The notes: a model not told the origin generated them from the sequence alone. DNA of 64,000 nt from an uncultured Bacteroidota bacterium (GCA_963775555.1 CAVZJJ010000003.1:116813-180812); one strand, 5' to 3'; numbered from the stretch's first letter, positions 10,490 through 21,105 are shown. Numbers and translations: made by a program.

Positions 10490-11062
10490 TTAATTTTCTA
10501 AAAATCTTTTCTTTGTTCTTTTGAAAGCTGTTAAATCCCACTCAGAGTCAAAATCATTCCACATTACTCTGATTCTAATTGAACCTGAAGTGCTTTTGTA
10601 AATAAGAAATATCATATCATCGTATTGAAAATATAAATTGTTATAATCAATACTGGCCTCCAAGTAATCCTTGTTTTCTTCGACTAGAGAGTCAATTCTA
10701 TCAAGAAGAATAGTTGCAGACTCTTTCGAAAGATTCTTAAAAGCGTATGCACTGTAAACAACTCCGGCATTATTCCAATTGTCATTATAAAATCCTAAAA
10801 TGAGCCCTTCCTTCTTTTTCTTTTTACAAGTATAAGACAGGCTCGTTAATTCCCCTGAATATGCCGCAGCTAAAGGATCTATCTGAAATTTAACTGCATC
10901 AATCGACTCTCCCAAAACATTATTAATAACAAACTCTTTTGCGTTAAAAAGCGCAATTTCCTTGCTATATTCTTTCGCAAAAAAAACATTCGAATTTGAG
11001 GGTGCTTGTCCAGGAGCAACTTGACCAATCAAAACAAAGAAAAGGATCAACTTACAATGCAT
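10490..11062 (-). CDS. Secreted hypothetical protein
   Basis: 190-aa ORF with N-terminal signal-like MHCKLILFFVLIGQVAPGQA. No family recognised. Confidence 0.45.
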   Translation of the reverse strand: MHCKLILFFVLIGQVAPGQAPSNSNVFFAKEYSKEIALFNAKEFVINNVLGESIDAVKFQIDPLAAAYSGELTSLSYTCKKKKKEGLILGFYNDNWNNAGVVYSAYAFKNLSKESATILLDRIDSLVEENKDYLEASIDYNNLYFQYDDMIFLIYKSTSGSIRIRVMWNDFDSEWDLTAFKRTKKRFLEN

Positions 11063-11115
11063 AGTGAAATCATTTAATATTCGTAAGATTCAGCTTTAAT
11101 ACAAAGTTCAATCCT

Positions 11116-11829
11116 TCAATAATCCCACCCCACATGCCCCACTGGCATACTGTTCAATTCTTCCCGGTAGTGTTTCCACTGTGGCATGAAGTGATCCATG
11201 TGAGCAATGAAGCGGTCGTTGTGATTGCGTTCCAATAAATGTACTAGTTCGTGTGCGATAATATATTCAAGGCATTTAACCGGCTTCTTTGCCAGTTCCA
11301 GGTTTAGCAATATCTTTTTGCTTCCGGGATTGCAAGTGCCCCATTTTGTTTTCATGGAACGGACGTTCCAGTCTTCGGCCTGAACGCCTATTTTCTTTTC
11401 CCATTTTGAAAAAAGCGGTGCAGCGATTGCTTTCAACTGAGAGCGGTACCATTCATTCATGATTTTCTCCCTTTGTGTTCTATTGCTTCCTTCCCGGACC
11501 GATAAGTACATGCTCTTTTTGCCTTTCTCAACCCTTACCGGCAAATCGCCTTCCTGAACTTTGAGCAGATACTGCCGACCCATGAAATAATGCGTCTCCC
11601 TGTCAACATACCTGCGTTCGCTTTGCCGGTCTTTTTTCTGCAACATGCGTTGCTGCCTTCTGATCCATCCTAATTTTGAAATGACGAACAGTCTAAGCGT
11701 TTCGTTATTCACATTTTCAGGACAAGCAAGCGTAACTCTTCCATTGGGAGGATACACTGCCAAGTGAATATTCTTGATATTCTTCTTGTCAACGTCGATG
11801 CTTATATCTGCAATTTCCATCTTTCTCAT
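11116..11829 (-). CDS. YgjP/DUF45-type HExxH metal-dependent hydrolase associated with type I R-M
   Basis: HELVHLLERNHNDRF zinc-binding motif near the C-terminus. The start codon overlaps the hsdR stop (ATGA at 11826-11829). Confidence 0.75.
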   Translation of the reverse strand: MRKMEIADISIDVDKKNIKNIHLAVYPPNGRVTLACPENVNNETLRLFVISKLGWIRRQQRMLQKKDRQSERRYVDRETHYFMGRQYLLKVQEGDLPVRVEKGKKSMYLSVREGSNRTQREKIMNEWYRSQLKAIAAPLFSKWEKKIGVQAEDWNVRSMKTKWGTCNPGSKKILLNLELAKKPVKCLEYIIAHELVHLLERNHNDRFIAHMDHFMPQWKHYREELNSMPVGHVGWDY

Positions 11830-14800
11830 TGAAATTCCTGTTGATTGGCAATCAGGTCAAATATCCTTTGGATTTCTTTCTCTTCAGTGATTCCGTATTT
11901 AGCCAGCGGATCAAGCAGAAAATTCCTCACGACTCTTTCTTTAACTGTTGAACCCACCCAGTTGTCCGGTCGTTCATTGTTAATTCGCTCGTATAATAAT
12001 TCTACAAGCTCTTCATTCTTGTTCAGGTTATCAAACAGAGCCCGCTTTGCAGGTGTGCTGATGCTCTTAGGATACTGGTTGTTGGTCTTCGCATAAAGTT
12101 GTTTTGCCAACTCTTCATATTTCTTTAATAGCTTTTCATATTCCAAAGCACCTTCCTTTCGTTGACGCACAAGATCCGTCAAGAGCACACTCATCCTTTC
12201 GTAGAAGATTGGATTGATAGGCATTTCTTGAATAATCACTTTGCGCATGTTTGCTTCAAGGGTTTCAGAAACTGCTGTTTTGCTCTTCTTAATTTTATCC
12301 GGCAATTTATCAACGCTTGCTTGTATTCCTACATCCACGATGAGGTTCAACAGAGTTGTGTCTCCAAAGTTTGAAATCACCCTACTCGGGTCAGCACTCA
12401 AATACATGTCGAGTAGTTGGCGCATATCGGGCTCGTAACGCTTGAGGTCAATGTAATCAAAGCTGGCTTGCTTTATTGCATTCCGCAACTCTGTGTAATC
12501 TAATACAGACTTCTTTATCCGTTCTGCTTCTTTAGCTGAATAGCAATCACCCAAATCCGGAGCGATATTATTGAAGGCCCGGATTAAGGAGACCACTGCC
12601 TTGTAAAATGACAGTCGCTTTTCTTCGTTCTGTTTGAGTGCATCTTTGTCCTCTGTATTTCCACAAAAATATTTAATGTATTGCTCGATTTCTTTCGGTG
12701 ACTCCACCGGAGCACACATCTGATGCAGGACTTCCATCGCTTCAGACATTTGTTCCTTCGCTTTTTCAACTCGGTCGGTAAGCAAGCCTTTGATTTCTTC
12801 ATTGTCAAAATTGTCGAAAGCACCACTTGTATAATCACGCATTGCTCCTTCCAGTTTTCCGCTGGCAAACAAATTTTTGTAATCTACGATGTAACCAAAA
12901 TCCTTATCATCTTCTTCTGTTCTGTTGACACGACAGATCGCCTGAAATAATCCCTGATCTTGCATCTCCTTGTCTATGTACAAGTAAGTACATGGTGGAG
13001 CATCAAATCCTGTGAGCAGCTTATCTACGACAATTAATAACTGCATGTTTGCCGGCTCTTCGACGAACTGCTTCTTTACTTCCTTTTCAAATGTCTCTTG
13101 ATCTTTACCATTGAGCATCTTCACATAGGTATGAAACTGCTCAATTTTTTCCGTTTCTCCTTGCCCGGTTTCTTCTCCTTTCGTTGAATAGGCATTGGGT
13201 GCGAAAGAGGTGATGATTGCACACTTTTTAAATCCGGAAGCTTGAAGGATTTCAAAATAACGACAGGCTTCATAAATGGAACGACTGATCAAAATTGCAT
13301 TTCCTCTTCCGTCCTTTAGCCTCGGTTTTATCTTGAAGTCTTTGATGATATCGAAAACAATTTTCTCAAGACGACTCTTGGTGCTTAAAACCTTTTGCAT
13401 ATTACCCCACTGCTTTTTCAATTCAGCTTTTGGCAGGTCATTCATTCCTTTGGTAACTTCTTCAAACCAAACATCTATACCCTTCTGATCCAAGACATGT
13501 TGGTCAACGTCTCTGGCTTCATATAATAAATCAAGGACTACACCATCCTTCACAGCTTCATCGAATTTGTAGGTGTGGATATAAGGACCGAAAACTTCAA
13601 TGCTCCGTTTCTTATCTGATTTTAAGAGTGGTGTTCCCGTGAAACCGATGAATGTTGCATCAGGTAGTATTGCTTTCATGGCCTTATGCAAGTCGCCACT
13701 TTGGGTGCGGTGACATTCGTCTATAAAGACATATAAATTTCCTTTGGGTTGGAAGTTTTTAGGAATTTTACTTTTAAGTTCATTGATGTAATCTCCGTAG
13801 TCGTTTTCATCTTCCCTATTACCGAACTTATGAATAAGACTGCACATCAACCAAGGGTTGTTAGCATTCAGTGCATTGAATAGTACCTCGCTGCCACTCA
13901 GAGCTCCTGATTTCTTGCAATGGAATATCTTCTCTTCCACTCCAAGAAATACTTTCTCTATTTGTTCGTCCAATTCCTTACGATCAGTGACAATAAGAAG
14001 TCTTGGATCTTCGACATGCTCTCGAATCCATTTGGCGAGCCACACCATCGTCAGGCTTTTTCCTGATCCCTGGGTATGCCAGATAACACCACCCTTTTTC
14101 TGAAGTACATTTTTCTGCGCTGCTTTTACACCAAAATACTGATTGGGTCTGCAAAGTTTTTTTATCCCCGCATCAAATACAACATAATCGTGAATAATAC
14201 TTAGTACGCGTTCCGGAGCACAAAACTGAAGAACTTGATGATCAAGCAAGTTGGTATCGGGATTGTATTCAAAATTTTCTTCCTTCCATTTTAGGAAAAA
14301 CTTTTCCGATGTTTTGGTAGTCCCATACCAAAGACCTTGAGTATCATTGGCTGCAATTACCAATTGTACCGTAGAGAAAAAAGGCTTTATGAACCTGTCT
14401 TGCTGATTATCTAAATTCTGCCGGATACCTTCGGTTACGGAGACACTTGCTCGCTTCAATTCAAAAACAACGAGTGCGATCCCATTCACATAAAGTACAA
14501 TATCCGGTCGCTTGTTCTTTTCACCCTTTACGGTGACTTCCTCGCCATAATAAAATTCATTCTTCTCAATATTCTTCCAGTCTACAAGATGAACAGTTTT
14601 GTAATTTTCACCTATATCCTCCCTGACCTTTACTCCATATCGCAACAAGCTGTAAACTGCTTTGTTGATCGGATATAACTCATCAGCACTGTTTACAGCA
14701 GCACATTTCTTAAACTCAGCAATCGCTTTGTTGATGATGGAATCTGAATATCCTTTACTCTGGAGAAAAGTTTCGAGTACAGGTGCTTCAATGTTGCTGT

Positions 14801-14903
14801 TACCTGGACGATCCTGGAGATTGCCTCCGTAAAGTGGTTTATAGCCAAGATTTTCGGATAAAAGTTTTACTATTCGGTTTTGGGTTTCTCGTTCGGGGCG
14901 CAT
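11826..14903 (-). CDS. hsdR: Type I restriction enzyme, R (restriction/translocase) subunit
   Basis: 1025 aa. SF2 motif I TQGSGKSLTMV, motif II FIDECHRTQ. An N-terminal nuclease region lies upstream of the helicase core. Sits in an operon with hsdS/hsdM. Confidence 0.9.
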   Translation of the reverse strand: MRPERETQNRIVKLLSENLGYKPLYGGNLQDRPGNSNIEAPVLETFLQSKGYSDSIINKAIAEFKKCAAVNSADELYPINKAVYSLLRYGVKVREDIGENYKTVHLVDWKNIEKNEFYYGEEVTVKGEKNKRPDIVLYVNGIALVVFELKRASVSVTEGIRQNLDNQQDRFIKPFFSTVQLVIAANDTQGLWYGTTKTSEKFFLKWKEENFEYNPDTNLLDHQVLQFCAPERVLSIIHDYVVFDAGIKKLCRPNQYFGVKAAQKNVLQKKGGVIWHTQGSGKSLTMVWLAKWIREHVEDPRLLIVTDRKELDEQIEKVFLGVEEKIFHCKKSGALSGSEVLFNALNANNPWLMCSLIHKFGNREDENDYGDYINELKSKIPKNFQPKGNLYVFIDECHRTQSGDLHKAMKAILPDATFIGFTGTPLLKSDKKRSIEVFGPYIHTYKFDEAVKDGVVLDLLYEARDVDQHVLDQKGIDVWFEEVTKGMNDLPKAELKKQWGNMQKVLSTKSRLEKIVFDIIKDFKIKPRLKDGRGNAILISRSIYEACRYFEILQASGFKKCAIITSFAPNAYSTKGEETGQGETEKIEQFHTYVKMLNGKDQETFEKEVKKQFVEEPANMQLLIVVDKLLTGFDAPPCTYLYIDKEMQDQGLFQAICRVNRTEEDDKDFGYIVDYKNLFASGKLEGAMRDYTSGAFDNFDNEEIKGLLTDRVEKAKEQMSEAMEVLHQMCAPVESPKEIEQYIKYFCGNTEDKDALKQNEEKRLSFYKAVVSLIRAFNNIAPDLGDCYSAKEAERIKKSVLDYTELRNAIKQASFDYIDLKRYEPDMRQLLDMYLSADPSRVISNFGDTTLLNLIVDVGIQASVDKLPDKIKKSKTAVSETLEANMRKVIIQEMPINPIFYERMSVLLTDLVRQRKEGALEYEKLLKKYEELAKQLYAKTNNQYPKSISTPAKRALFDNLNKNEELVELLYERINNERPDNWVGSTVKERVVRNFLLDPLAKYGITEEKEIQRIFDLIANQQEFQ

Positions 14904-14952
14904 TTCAGTAGCCTTACTTTCTCAACTAATAAATGGGAATACAATTATGAAT

Positions 14953-15321
14953 CTATCTTATAGAAATCCTATACCTGCTTTTAATATTTTCATTGTAGAA
15001 ACTTCCAAATGATTCTGAAACTTTAAGTTCATTCCAAATATTTATGGGCACATTCTGATGAATATACGATTTTCCATCTGCTTTCATTATCAGAAACCCA
15101 AATTGACTATCACAACTCAAAAAGGACAAACCTTGAATCCATGAACTCTTTCTTGTATCAACAGATTCGCTAAGCTCAAATTCGGCATTATGAATTTGTA
15201 TGGAAGCTTGCTCATAGGACTGAAAACTTCCAGGTAAAGATTCACAGGGGATACGTGTTTGTGCACATGCCCCCATTGAATTTATCAGCAAAACATAAAA
15301 AACCAGCTTGAGTTTTTTCAT
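14953..15321 (-). CDS. Small secreted KTSC-domain protein
   Basis: Signal peptide MKKLKLVFYVLLINSMGACAQ. The C-terminal ~60 aa (SWIQGLSF...GKSYIHQNVPINIWNELKVSESFGSFYNENIKSRY) fits the KTSC pattern (G.xY.Y..VP...w..l..a.S.G.yfn..Ik). Confidence 0.5.
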   Translation of the reverse strand: MKKLKLVFYVLLINSMGACAQTRIPCESLPGSFQSYEQASIQIHNAEFELSESVDTRKSSWIQGLSFLSCDSQFGFLIMKADGKSYIHQNVPINIWNELKVSESFGSFYNENIKSRYRISIR

Positions 15322-15360
15322 AATAAAGAGAATTAATACATCTGTATTTTACATTTGAAA

Positions 15361-16590
15361 CTAAACTGCCTTTAACTCCTCTTTTTTCACCAACCTTATC
15401 TTCCCGGTTAAGAGATTTTGCATCATGCCTTGCTTTATTGATTTAGTTTTAGAAAGTCTATGTTCAATCAACAATATTTCTTCATTTAAATCTTGTATAA
15501 TTCTCGCAATTCTACTTTGCTCATCTATTTCAGGAAAAGAAATCACAAATTTTGAAAGTGCTTCTTTTGTAATAGTTTTTATAATTCCACCAGGGGCCTT
15601 TTGCTTTTCTATATCGAATAAATTGTAAATTGTTAATACGAAAAAATATTTATCGAAAGGTTCCAAGAATGATTCGAAAATTAATAATGTTCTATCTACA
15701 TAAGCATCATACTGAGTAATTGCAATCCTTCCAATAGAACCTTGAAGTGTAATAATTACTGATCCATTGGGAATAAAAACACTCATAGGTTGAGCCTCTT
15801 TGCTAATTTTTGATTTTGTATCTGCCTTCAATTTAAAATTGTCATCAACATCAAAGACTTGTACAAAAGGATAACCAGAAATATTATCATACCATTTATC
15901 CAAACCATATGGTTGCGGAAAACTTCCCCTTCTATATTTCGCTACCTCTTTCAGAGTTTTTCTTTTCCACCCCTCTCCCGGCTTCAACAACCTCTGCATC
16001 ACCCCCTGTTTAATCTTTCTTTTTTTGTCAATGAGTTTTTCAAGACTGCTGATGAAGGCATCGGCATCGGAGAGGGCGGTGGCAATGGCGGTTTGTTCGG
16101 ATTTAGATTTAGGTATTGAGACTTGAATTGACTTAACAATACTTCCGCTTAAATTAGGTTGGCCTCCTTGAGTATAAGTGTTAATTATTTTATCCTTATT
16201 AAGTTTAAAAAACTGGTATAAATATTCAGCACTTAATGTTGAAGGAATTATTGCTAAAACAGCTTGATTAATTGCTCCAGAAATATTAGTAATTGCTGCT
16301 ACACCAGCTGTAGCACCATACATTGCTAATAGCAACGTTCCCGAAGCAACCATTTTAGCGGATGAATTATCTACGCCCTTTTGAGAAATATACTCGTCTG
16401 TTTGATTTATTCTTCTTTTATTCAGTTCACTTGAACTTATCCAGGATATATTCCCATTATAATATTCGCGTATTGAAGTATTTGGGGTTCCTCCAGAATA
16501 ACAATTTGAAAGCTCACCAATACATTTAAATTCCCAATCTTCTGGAATAACTCCAAACTCTGTTTTCTTATAGCCTGCTTTCAATTCCAT
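15361..16590 (-). CDS. hsdS: Type I R-M specificity subunit
   Basis: 409 aa with two target-recognition halves. Each half is followed by a conserved helical spacer (KKRKIKQGVMQRLL and KTKSIKQGMMQNLLTGKIRL). Overlaps the hsdM 3' end by 10 nt. Confidence 0.85.
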   Translation of the reverse strand: MELKAGYKKTEFGVIPEDWEFKCIGELSNCYSGGTPNTSIREYYNGNISWISSSELNKRRINQTDEYISQKGVDNSSAKMVASGTLLLAMYGATAGVAAITNISGAINQAVLAIIPSTLSAEYLYQFFKLNKDKIINTYTQGGQPNLSGSIVKSIQVSIPKSKSEQTAIATALSDADAFISSLEKLIDKKRKIKQGVMQRLLKPGEGWKRKTLKEVAKYRRGSFPQPYGLDKWYDNISGYPFVQVFDVDDNFKLKADTKSKISKEAQPMSVFIPNGSVIITLQGSIGRIAITQYDAYVDRTLLIFESFLEPFDKYFFVLTIYNLFDIEKQKAPGGIIKTITKEALSKFVISFPEIDEQSRIARIIQDLNEEILLIEHRLSKTKSIKQGMMQNLLTGKIRLVKKEELKAV

Positions 16591-19017
16591 ACAAACCCCA
16601 TTTTTTCAAGATGTTCATTCACCTTCTTTTCTAAAGTTTCTACTTCCCTATTTAATAAAGGCAAAGGAGATTCATAACGCTCCACCAAGTCTTTAAGACG
16701 TTGTGTCAATCGCTGGCTGATGCTGTCCATTTCTGTTTTGAGGGATTGTTCGATGGCCGTCATCCATTTATTGTCTACTACTAAGTCTCTGATTTCGTTT
16801 TCTGTCAGGGTCTTATAGCGGAGAAATGTTTTTTTATCCAATTCTTCGGAAGCGGTTTTTAATTTATTGCCTAGCACGCTCTGCTCTTCGCTAAGGGTCA
16901 AATACTGTTGAAGTACCTTTATTTCTTCTCTGAAAGATTTATCGTTTTGAATTTCCTTCAATCTTTTCTGAACAGTTACTTTGTTTACCTTATCGTAGTC
17001 CGCAAAGAAACCTTCTTCTCCACTGTGTTCTTCTTCCAGTTCCGTAATTTGTCCGGAAAGCATTTCTTTATCAGCTTCCATCTTCTCAATTGCTTTTTTC
17101 TCCGTGTAAAAATACCGGTCAATAATGAGTGAAGGTGGAACGAGATCACATGTCCAACCCTTATCTACTTTTTTTCCCTGTTTGTTTTCAATGAGGATAC
17201 GATAGGGTTCGGCCTTCCAGCCATCAACTGTGATCAGATAAGAATCATCCTGCATCACATCATGCCAGTAATTCATGAGGTGCTGGTAAACATCGTATTT
17301 ATCAATGAGTGCCTTTCCCGAATAAGTTTTTAGAATATCTTCCGCAATAACATGAATGGTTTGCTTCGGTTTAAATCCTTTCTTCAGTCCTTTCAGAGAT
17401 TCAGTATTCCGCTTTTTCCAGTTGTTGAACAGCTTATCCATTTCCTTGATAAAACCGGTAAATTCAGGATGATTGAAGATGGCCTGTTTCACATGTTCCT
17501 TATCCACTTTTGGCTGAGAGTAATTCTTCCGCTTACTTTTTCCGAATAAATCATTTTTCAAAGAAGGGTAAACATCCCAATACTCTTGCAAAGCATCAAT
17601 GTCGGCATTAGGAATGTCACCCACTAGATGCGCTTCTACGTCTTGTATGTCTTCTTCTTCCTGGCTGTCGATGTAGCGTGGAATGTTCAGGTTGAAATCA
17701 TTTTTCGGGTCGGAAATTTCTTTGAGCGAAATAAATCGGCTGAACTTAGGAACTTCCTTTTGATTGTTAAAGACATCAACAATCTTATGGATGTCCTGCT
17801 CACGAAGACGGTTCTTATTTCCGTCTTTCATGAATCCCTTTCCGGCATCAATGATAAAAATTCCTCTCTTACTTAACGGAAGCGACAATTGCTGTGAAGC
17901 ATTTTCCTTATCAATCACAATGATGCATGCAGGAATGCCTGTACCATAAAATAAGTTAGGTGGCAAACCAATGATTCCTTTGATCAGGCATTTCTCCAAA
18001 ATGTTTTTTCGAATCTCTGCTTCCGCTCCACCCCGGAAAAGAACACCATGAGGAAGAATAATAGCGCCCTTACCGGTACTCTTCAATGATTTAATAATAT
18101 GAAGCAGGAAAGCATAATCGCCGTTCTTGTCAGGAGGAATTCCATAACCAAGAAAACGTCCGTAATGATCATCCCCGGGGTTGAATCCGGTGCTCCAGTT
18201 CGATAGAGAGAATGGAGGATTGGATGTTACGTAATCAAAAGTCTCGAAGTTCGCCTTTTTTATTTTCAAAGAGAGGATTGGATAAGGTACTCTGACCTTT
18301 ACGGATTTCGGCAGTTGGACAATTGTGCAGAATCATATTCATTCGTGCAAGCGCCGCTGTAGAAACGTCTTTCTCTTGTCCGTATAATGTTCCTTTGCCA
18401 TTTGCCTCATCCACAACTTTCAACAGCAGAGATCCCGAGCCGCAAGTGGGATCATAAAAAGAAGTCTTATTGCTACCTGCAGTAACCCTTAACACTTTCG
18501 CCATCACACGGCTCACTTCAGAAGGAGTATAAAACTGACCCTTACTCTTGCCGCTCTCAGTTGCGAAGTGACGCATCAAATACTCGTAGGCATCCCCCAA
18601 AATATCATCCCCTTCCGCACGGTTCTTAGAAAAATCAAGCGCAGGGTTTTCGAAAATACTCACCAGATCACTGAGACGATCAATCATCTCCTTGCCCTTG
18701 CCGATCTTTTCCTCATCATTGAAACTTACTACATCAATGACATTTTCCAGATCGTTTGCTTTTGCAAGAGCCCCGATGGCAGTATCAATTTTTTCACCGA
18801 TATCTTTATTACCCTTCAACTTCGCAATATCACGAAAGCCCCCGCCTTTGGGAATAACGATCACCGCATTTGGATCATCTGCATACTTATCGGAAACATA
18901 TTTAACGAACAACAGGACAAGAACATAATCCTTGTACATGCTGGCATCCATGCCACCACGTAATGCATCGCAGGATGCCCATAGGGAACTGTATAATTCG
19001 GATTTTTTGATGGCCAT
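16581..19017 (-). pseudogene. hsdM: Type I R-M N6-adenine DNA methyltransferase subunit, split into 260-aa and 562-aa ORFs by a frameshift in an A6 run
   Basis: The N-terminal ORF has the HsdM_N region and motif I FYDPTCGSGSLL. The second ORF begins just before motif IV (NPPF). Removing one base from the T6/A6 run at 18256-18261 gives continuous ...NPLFENKKANFETFDYVTSNPPF. Confidence 0.85.
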
Positions 19018-19146
19018 TTCTAGGGAAGCGGGTTAAATGATGTATGACAAATCTATGAAAATAAAGAGAGCAAAGGAATATTTAAAGCCTGAAAATAATC
19101 TAATTTAATTTAAAATTTCACGGATGAAATTTTTAACTAAATAAAT

Positions 19147-19947
19147 CTAAAAATTGTCCGGATTTACTCCATTACGCCTGAGCCAATCATGATCCAAGTG
19201 GCCGTAAGCAGGATGATTAACCGGCACATTGGGGTGGTTCATATTATTCCATACCCAATGGTGTGCAATTGACCACGCACGATTCTCATATGGTGCAGGA
19301 TAATTTTGTCCAAAACCGTTGCCTGATGGGGTAAATATAGAACAACTCGAAACGTCGGGTAGTGCAGCCTGCACTTCATTCTTTTTTTCGACTAGCCACT
19401 CACCTGACTTAAATGTGAAATAGATCTGCTTGATTGAAGGTTTGTTCCGAATGAACTTAACAATGTTTTCGACATTATCGTCCAACCAATATTGATCACC
19501 CATTTGATCAAGGCGACCATCCTTGTAATCAGACCATGTATAATTCCCATTAACCAATACCGATTCTTGTCCATCACTAATTACTGTTGGGATATCACCA
19601 TTTGTGCCCAATACCAAATCGGCGAAAACCATTTTTCCTCTTCGGCAAATCTCGAATATCTCTGCAAGGGAAGGTGAATTATCAGGTGGTATGGGATTAC
19701 GCCTATCTACTAGTTGATTTGCATTATGCAAGAATAAATTTGCCATAATAGTCCACATATACATTCCTCGGCCATAAAAAAAATCAGCATCGTTCCACGG
19801 CCATCCAGGATTGAAAGTGCCGATAAAAATTACTTCCGGATCATATGGAACGATATCCAGAATACCATTATGCGTCTGAAATTGTGGATCCCAGTTGAAC
19901 CCTGGTGGATTTGGCGGTATGTTTTCAAATTTATGGCGAATGGGCAT
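19147..19947 (-). CDS. Hypothetical protein with MUG/UDG-superfamily-like motifs
   Basis: Start placed at M21 (MPIRHKF...) because upstream codons run into the IS30 end. VIFIGTFNPGWPWN...FFYGRGMYMW resembles the MUG GINPG...N.FW motif, and SIFTPSGNG resembles the MUG PSTSG motif. Motif-level evidence only. Confidence 0.4.
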   Translation of the reverse strand: MPIRHKFENIPPNPPGFNWDPQFQTHNGILDIVPYDPEVIFIGTFNPGWPWNDADFFYGRGMYMWTIMANLFLHNANQLVDRRNPIPPDNSPSLAEIFEICRRGKMVFADLVLGTNGDIPTVISDGQESVLVNGNYTWSDYKDGRLDQMGDQYWLDDNVENIVKFIRNKPSIKQIYFTFKSGEWLVEKKNEVQAALPDVSSCSIFTPSGNGFGQNYPAPYENRAWSIAHHWVWNNMNHPNVPVNHPAYGHLDHDWLRRNGVNPDNF

Positions 19948-19980
19948 AGCTTTAGAATTTGATGTTAAAGTAATATAATA

Positions 19981-21105
19981 TTTTGTAAGTTCAAGTAATA
20001 AGTGCAATTTTTTGTGAGAAGACTTGGTTAGGTGTTTGATAATTAAATTTTCTTACTGGTCTGTTATTAATTATTGATTCTACTATTTGAACATCTATGT
20101 CAGGTACTTTCAATAGGTCTGTTTTCTTTGGGAAGAATCTGCGGATTAATCCTATTCTGTTTTCTACAGTTCCTTTATCTTGTGAGGTATAAGGCCGGGT
20201 AAAATAGGTAGTAGCATTCAGCGATTTTCCTATCGATTCATGTTTACTAAATGCCTTATCGTTGTCAAATGTAAGTGTTTTAACAATTCCCTTTAATGAG
20301 ATTAATCTACGTTTAATTTCGCGCTTTATTATGATGCTGTCTTTCCCGGCTAACCTTGTGAGTTTGGTTTTCAGAGATGCCCGATCCGTCATTACAAGCA
20401 AAGCTCCCTGATGATTTTTTCCCATCATCAGATCTACTTCAAAATCTCCCAAGCGCTTTCTTTTATCTACGATTTTCGGACGATTTTCAATAGACACTCG
20501 GTTTGGAATAATACCCCGGCTATCTCTTCTTAATCCGCGCTTTCTTCTTCTACGTCCATGTGCTAAGTGCATATACAGTTTCTTGTCTTGTCTATCTTCC
20601 TTACAATTACTTTGCTTACAACGCCAAATCCACTTGTAAATGGTCTCGTGGCTGACAAAATCCCCTAACTCATTTTTGCCAACGACATGAATTAATTCCG
20701 GACTGAATTTTATACTCTTCATCCAGAGACGCGTCCACACTTTCATTTCATCGGTAAATCTTTCTTTTTTCATTTTGATTTGATGCCGATGATCCGTTTT
20801 CCGTTGTGCATTTTCAGCTGTGTAAACCAAAGCTCCTCTTCCACGTTTTGGTATATTCCGTTTAAGTTCTCGACTTATCGTGGATGGCGATTTATTTACA
20901 ATTTTCGCAATATCCTTTTGAGCGATTCCGCTTTTTAATAAGGCTTCAATCTGATATCTTTGTTCAGAGTTGAGATGGGTGTAGTTTTTTGACATAAGCA
21001 ATCCAAAGATGAAGCTTCTCAGCTTAACTTTCACCTGGGACAATTAAAAGTCCCAAGGTGAAAGTTTAAATCTTTAAATTGCACTTATTGGTTGAACACG
21101 GCTTT
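19981..21105 (-). mobile_element. IS30-family insertion sequence, copy 1 (1125-bp block shared with copy 2)
   Basis: This block equals 25623-26747 at a constant offset of 5642 nt in every stretch compared. Imperfect terminal inverted repeats are GTTCAAGTAATAAGTGCAATTT and GTTCAACCAATAAGTGCAATTT. Confidence 0.85.
19991..21043 (-). CDS. IS30-family transposase
   Basis: 350 aa with an N-terminal HTH (SEQRYQIEALLKSGIAQKDIAKIV) and a DDE core (FEVDLM..., TFDNDKAF..., ENRIGLIRRF). The translation is identical to the copy at 25633-26685. Confidence 0.9.
   Translation of the reverse strand: MSQVKVKLRSFIFGLLMSKNYTHLNSEQRYQIEALLKSGIAQKDIAKIVNKSPSTISRELKRNIPKRGRGALVYTAENAQRKTDHRHQIKMKKERFTDEMKVWTRLWMKSIKFSPELIHVVGKNELGDFVSHETIYKWIWRCKQSNCKEDRQDKKLYMHLAHGRRRRKRGLRRDSRGIIPNRVSIENRPKIVDKRKRLGDFEVDLMMGKNHQGALLVMTDRASLKTKLTRLAGKDSIIIKREIKRRLISLKGIVKTLTFDNDKAFSKHESIGKSLNATTYFTRPYTSQDKGTVENRIGLIRRFFPKKTDLLKVPDIDVQIVESIINNRPVRKFNYQTPNQVFSQKIALIT

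Noticed and set aside
1464-19677. Short nested or antisense ORFs inside the propeller gene, T9SS cargo gene, helicase, istA/istB, hsdR, hsdS, hsdM and the UDG-like gene
   Set aside because: Each lies within a longer ORF that has recognisable family motifs. None has independent support.
19948-20007. First 20 codons of the 286-aa ORF (MHLLLELTKYYITLTSNSKA)
   Set aside because: These codons run into the IS30 left end (from 19981). The start was moved to the Met at 19947.
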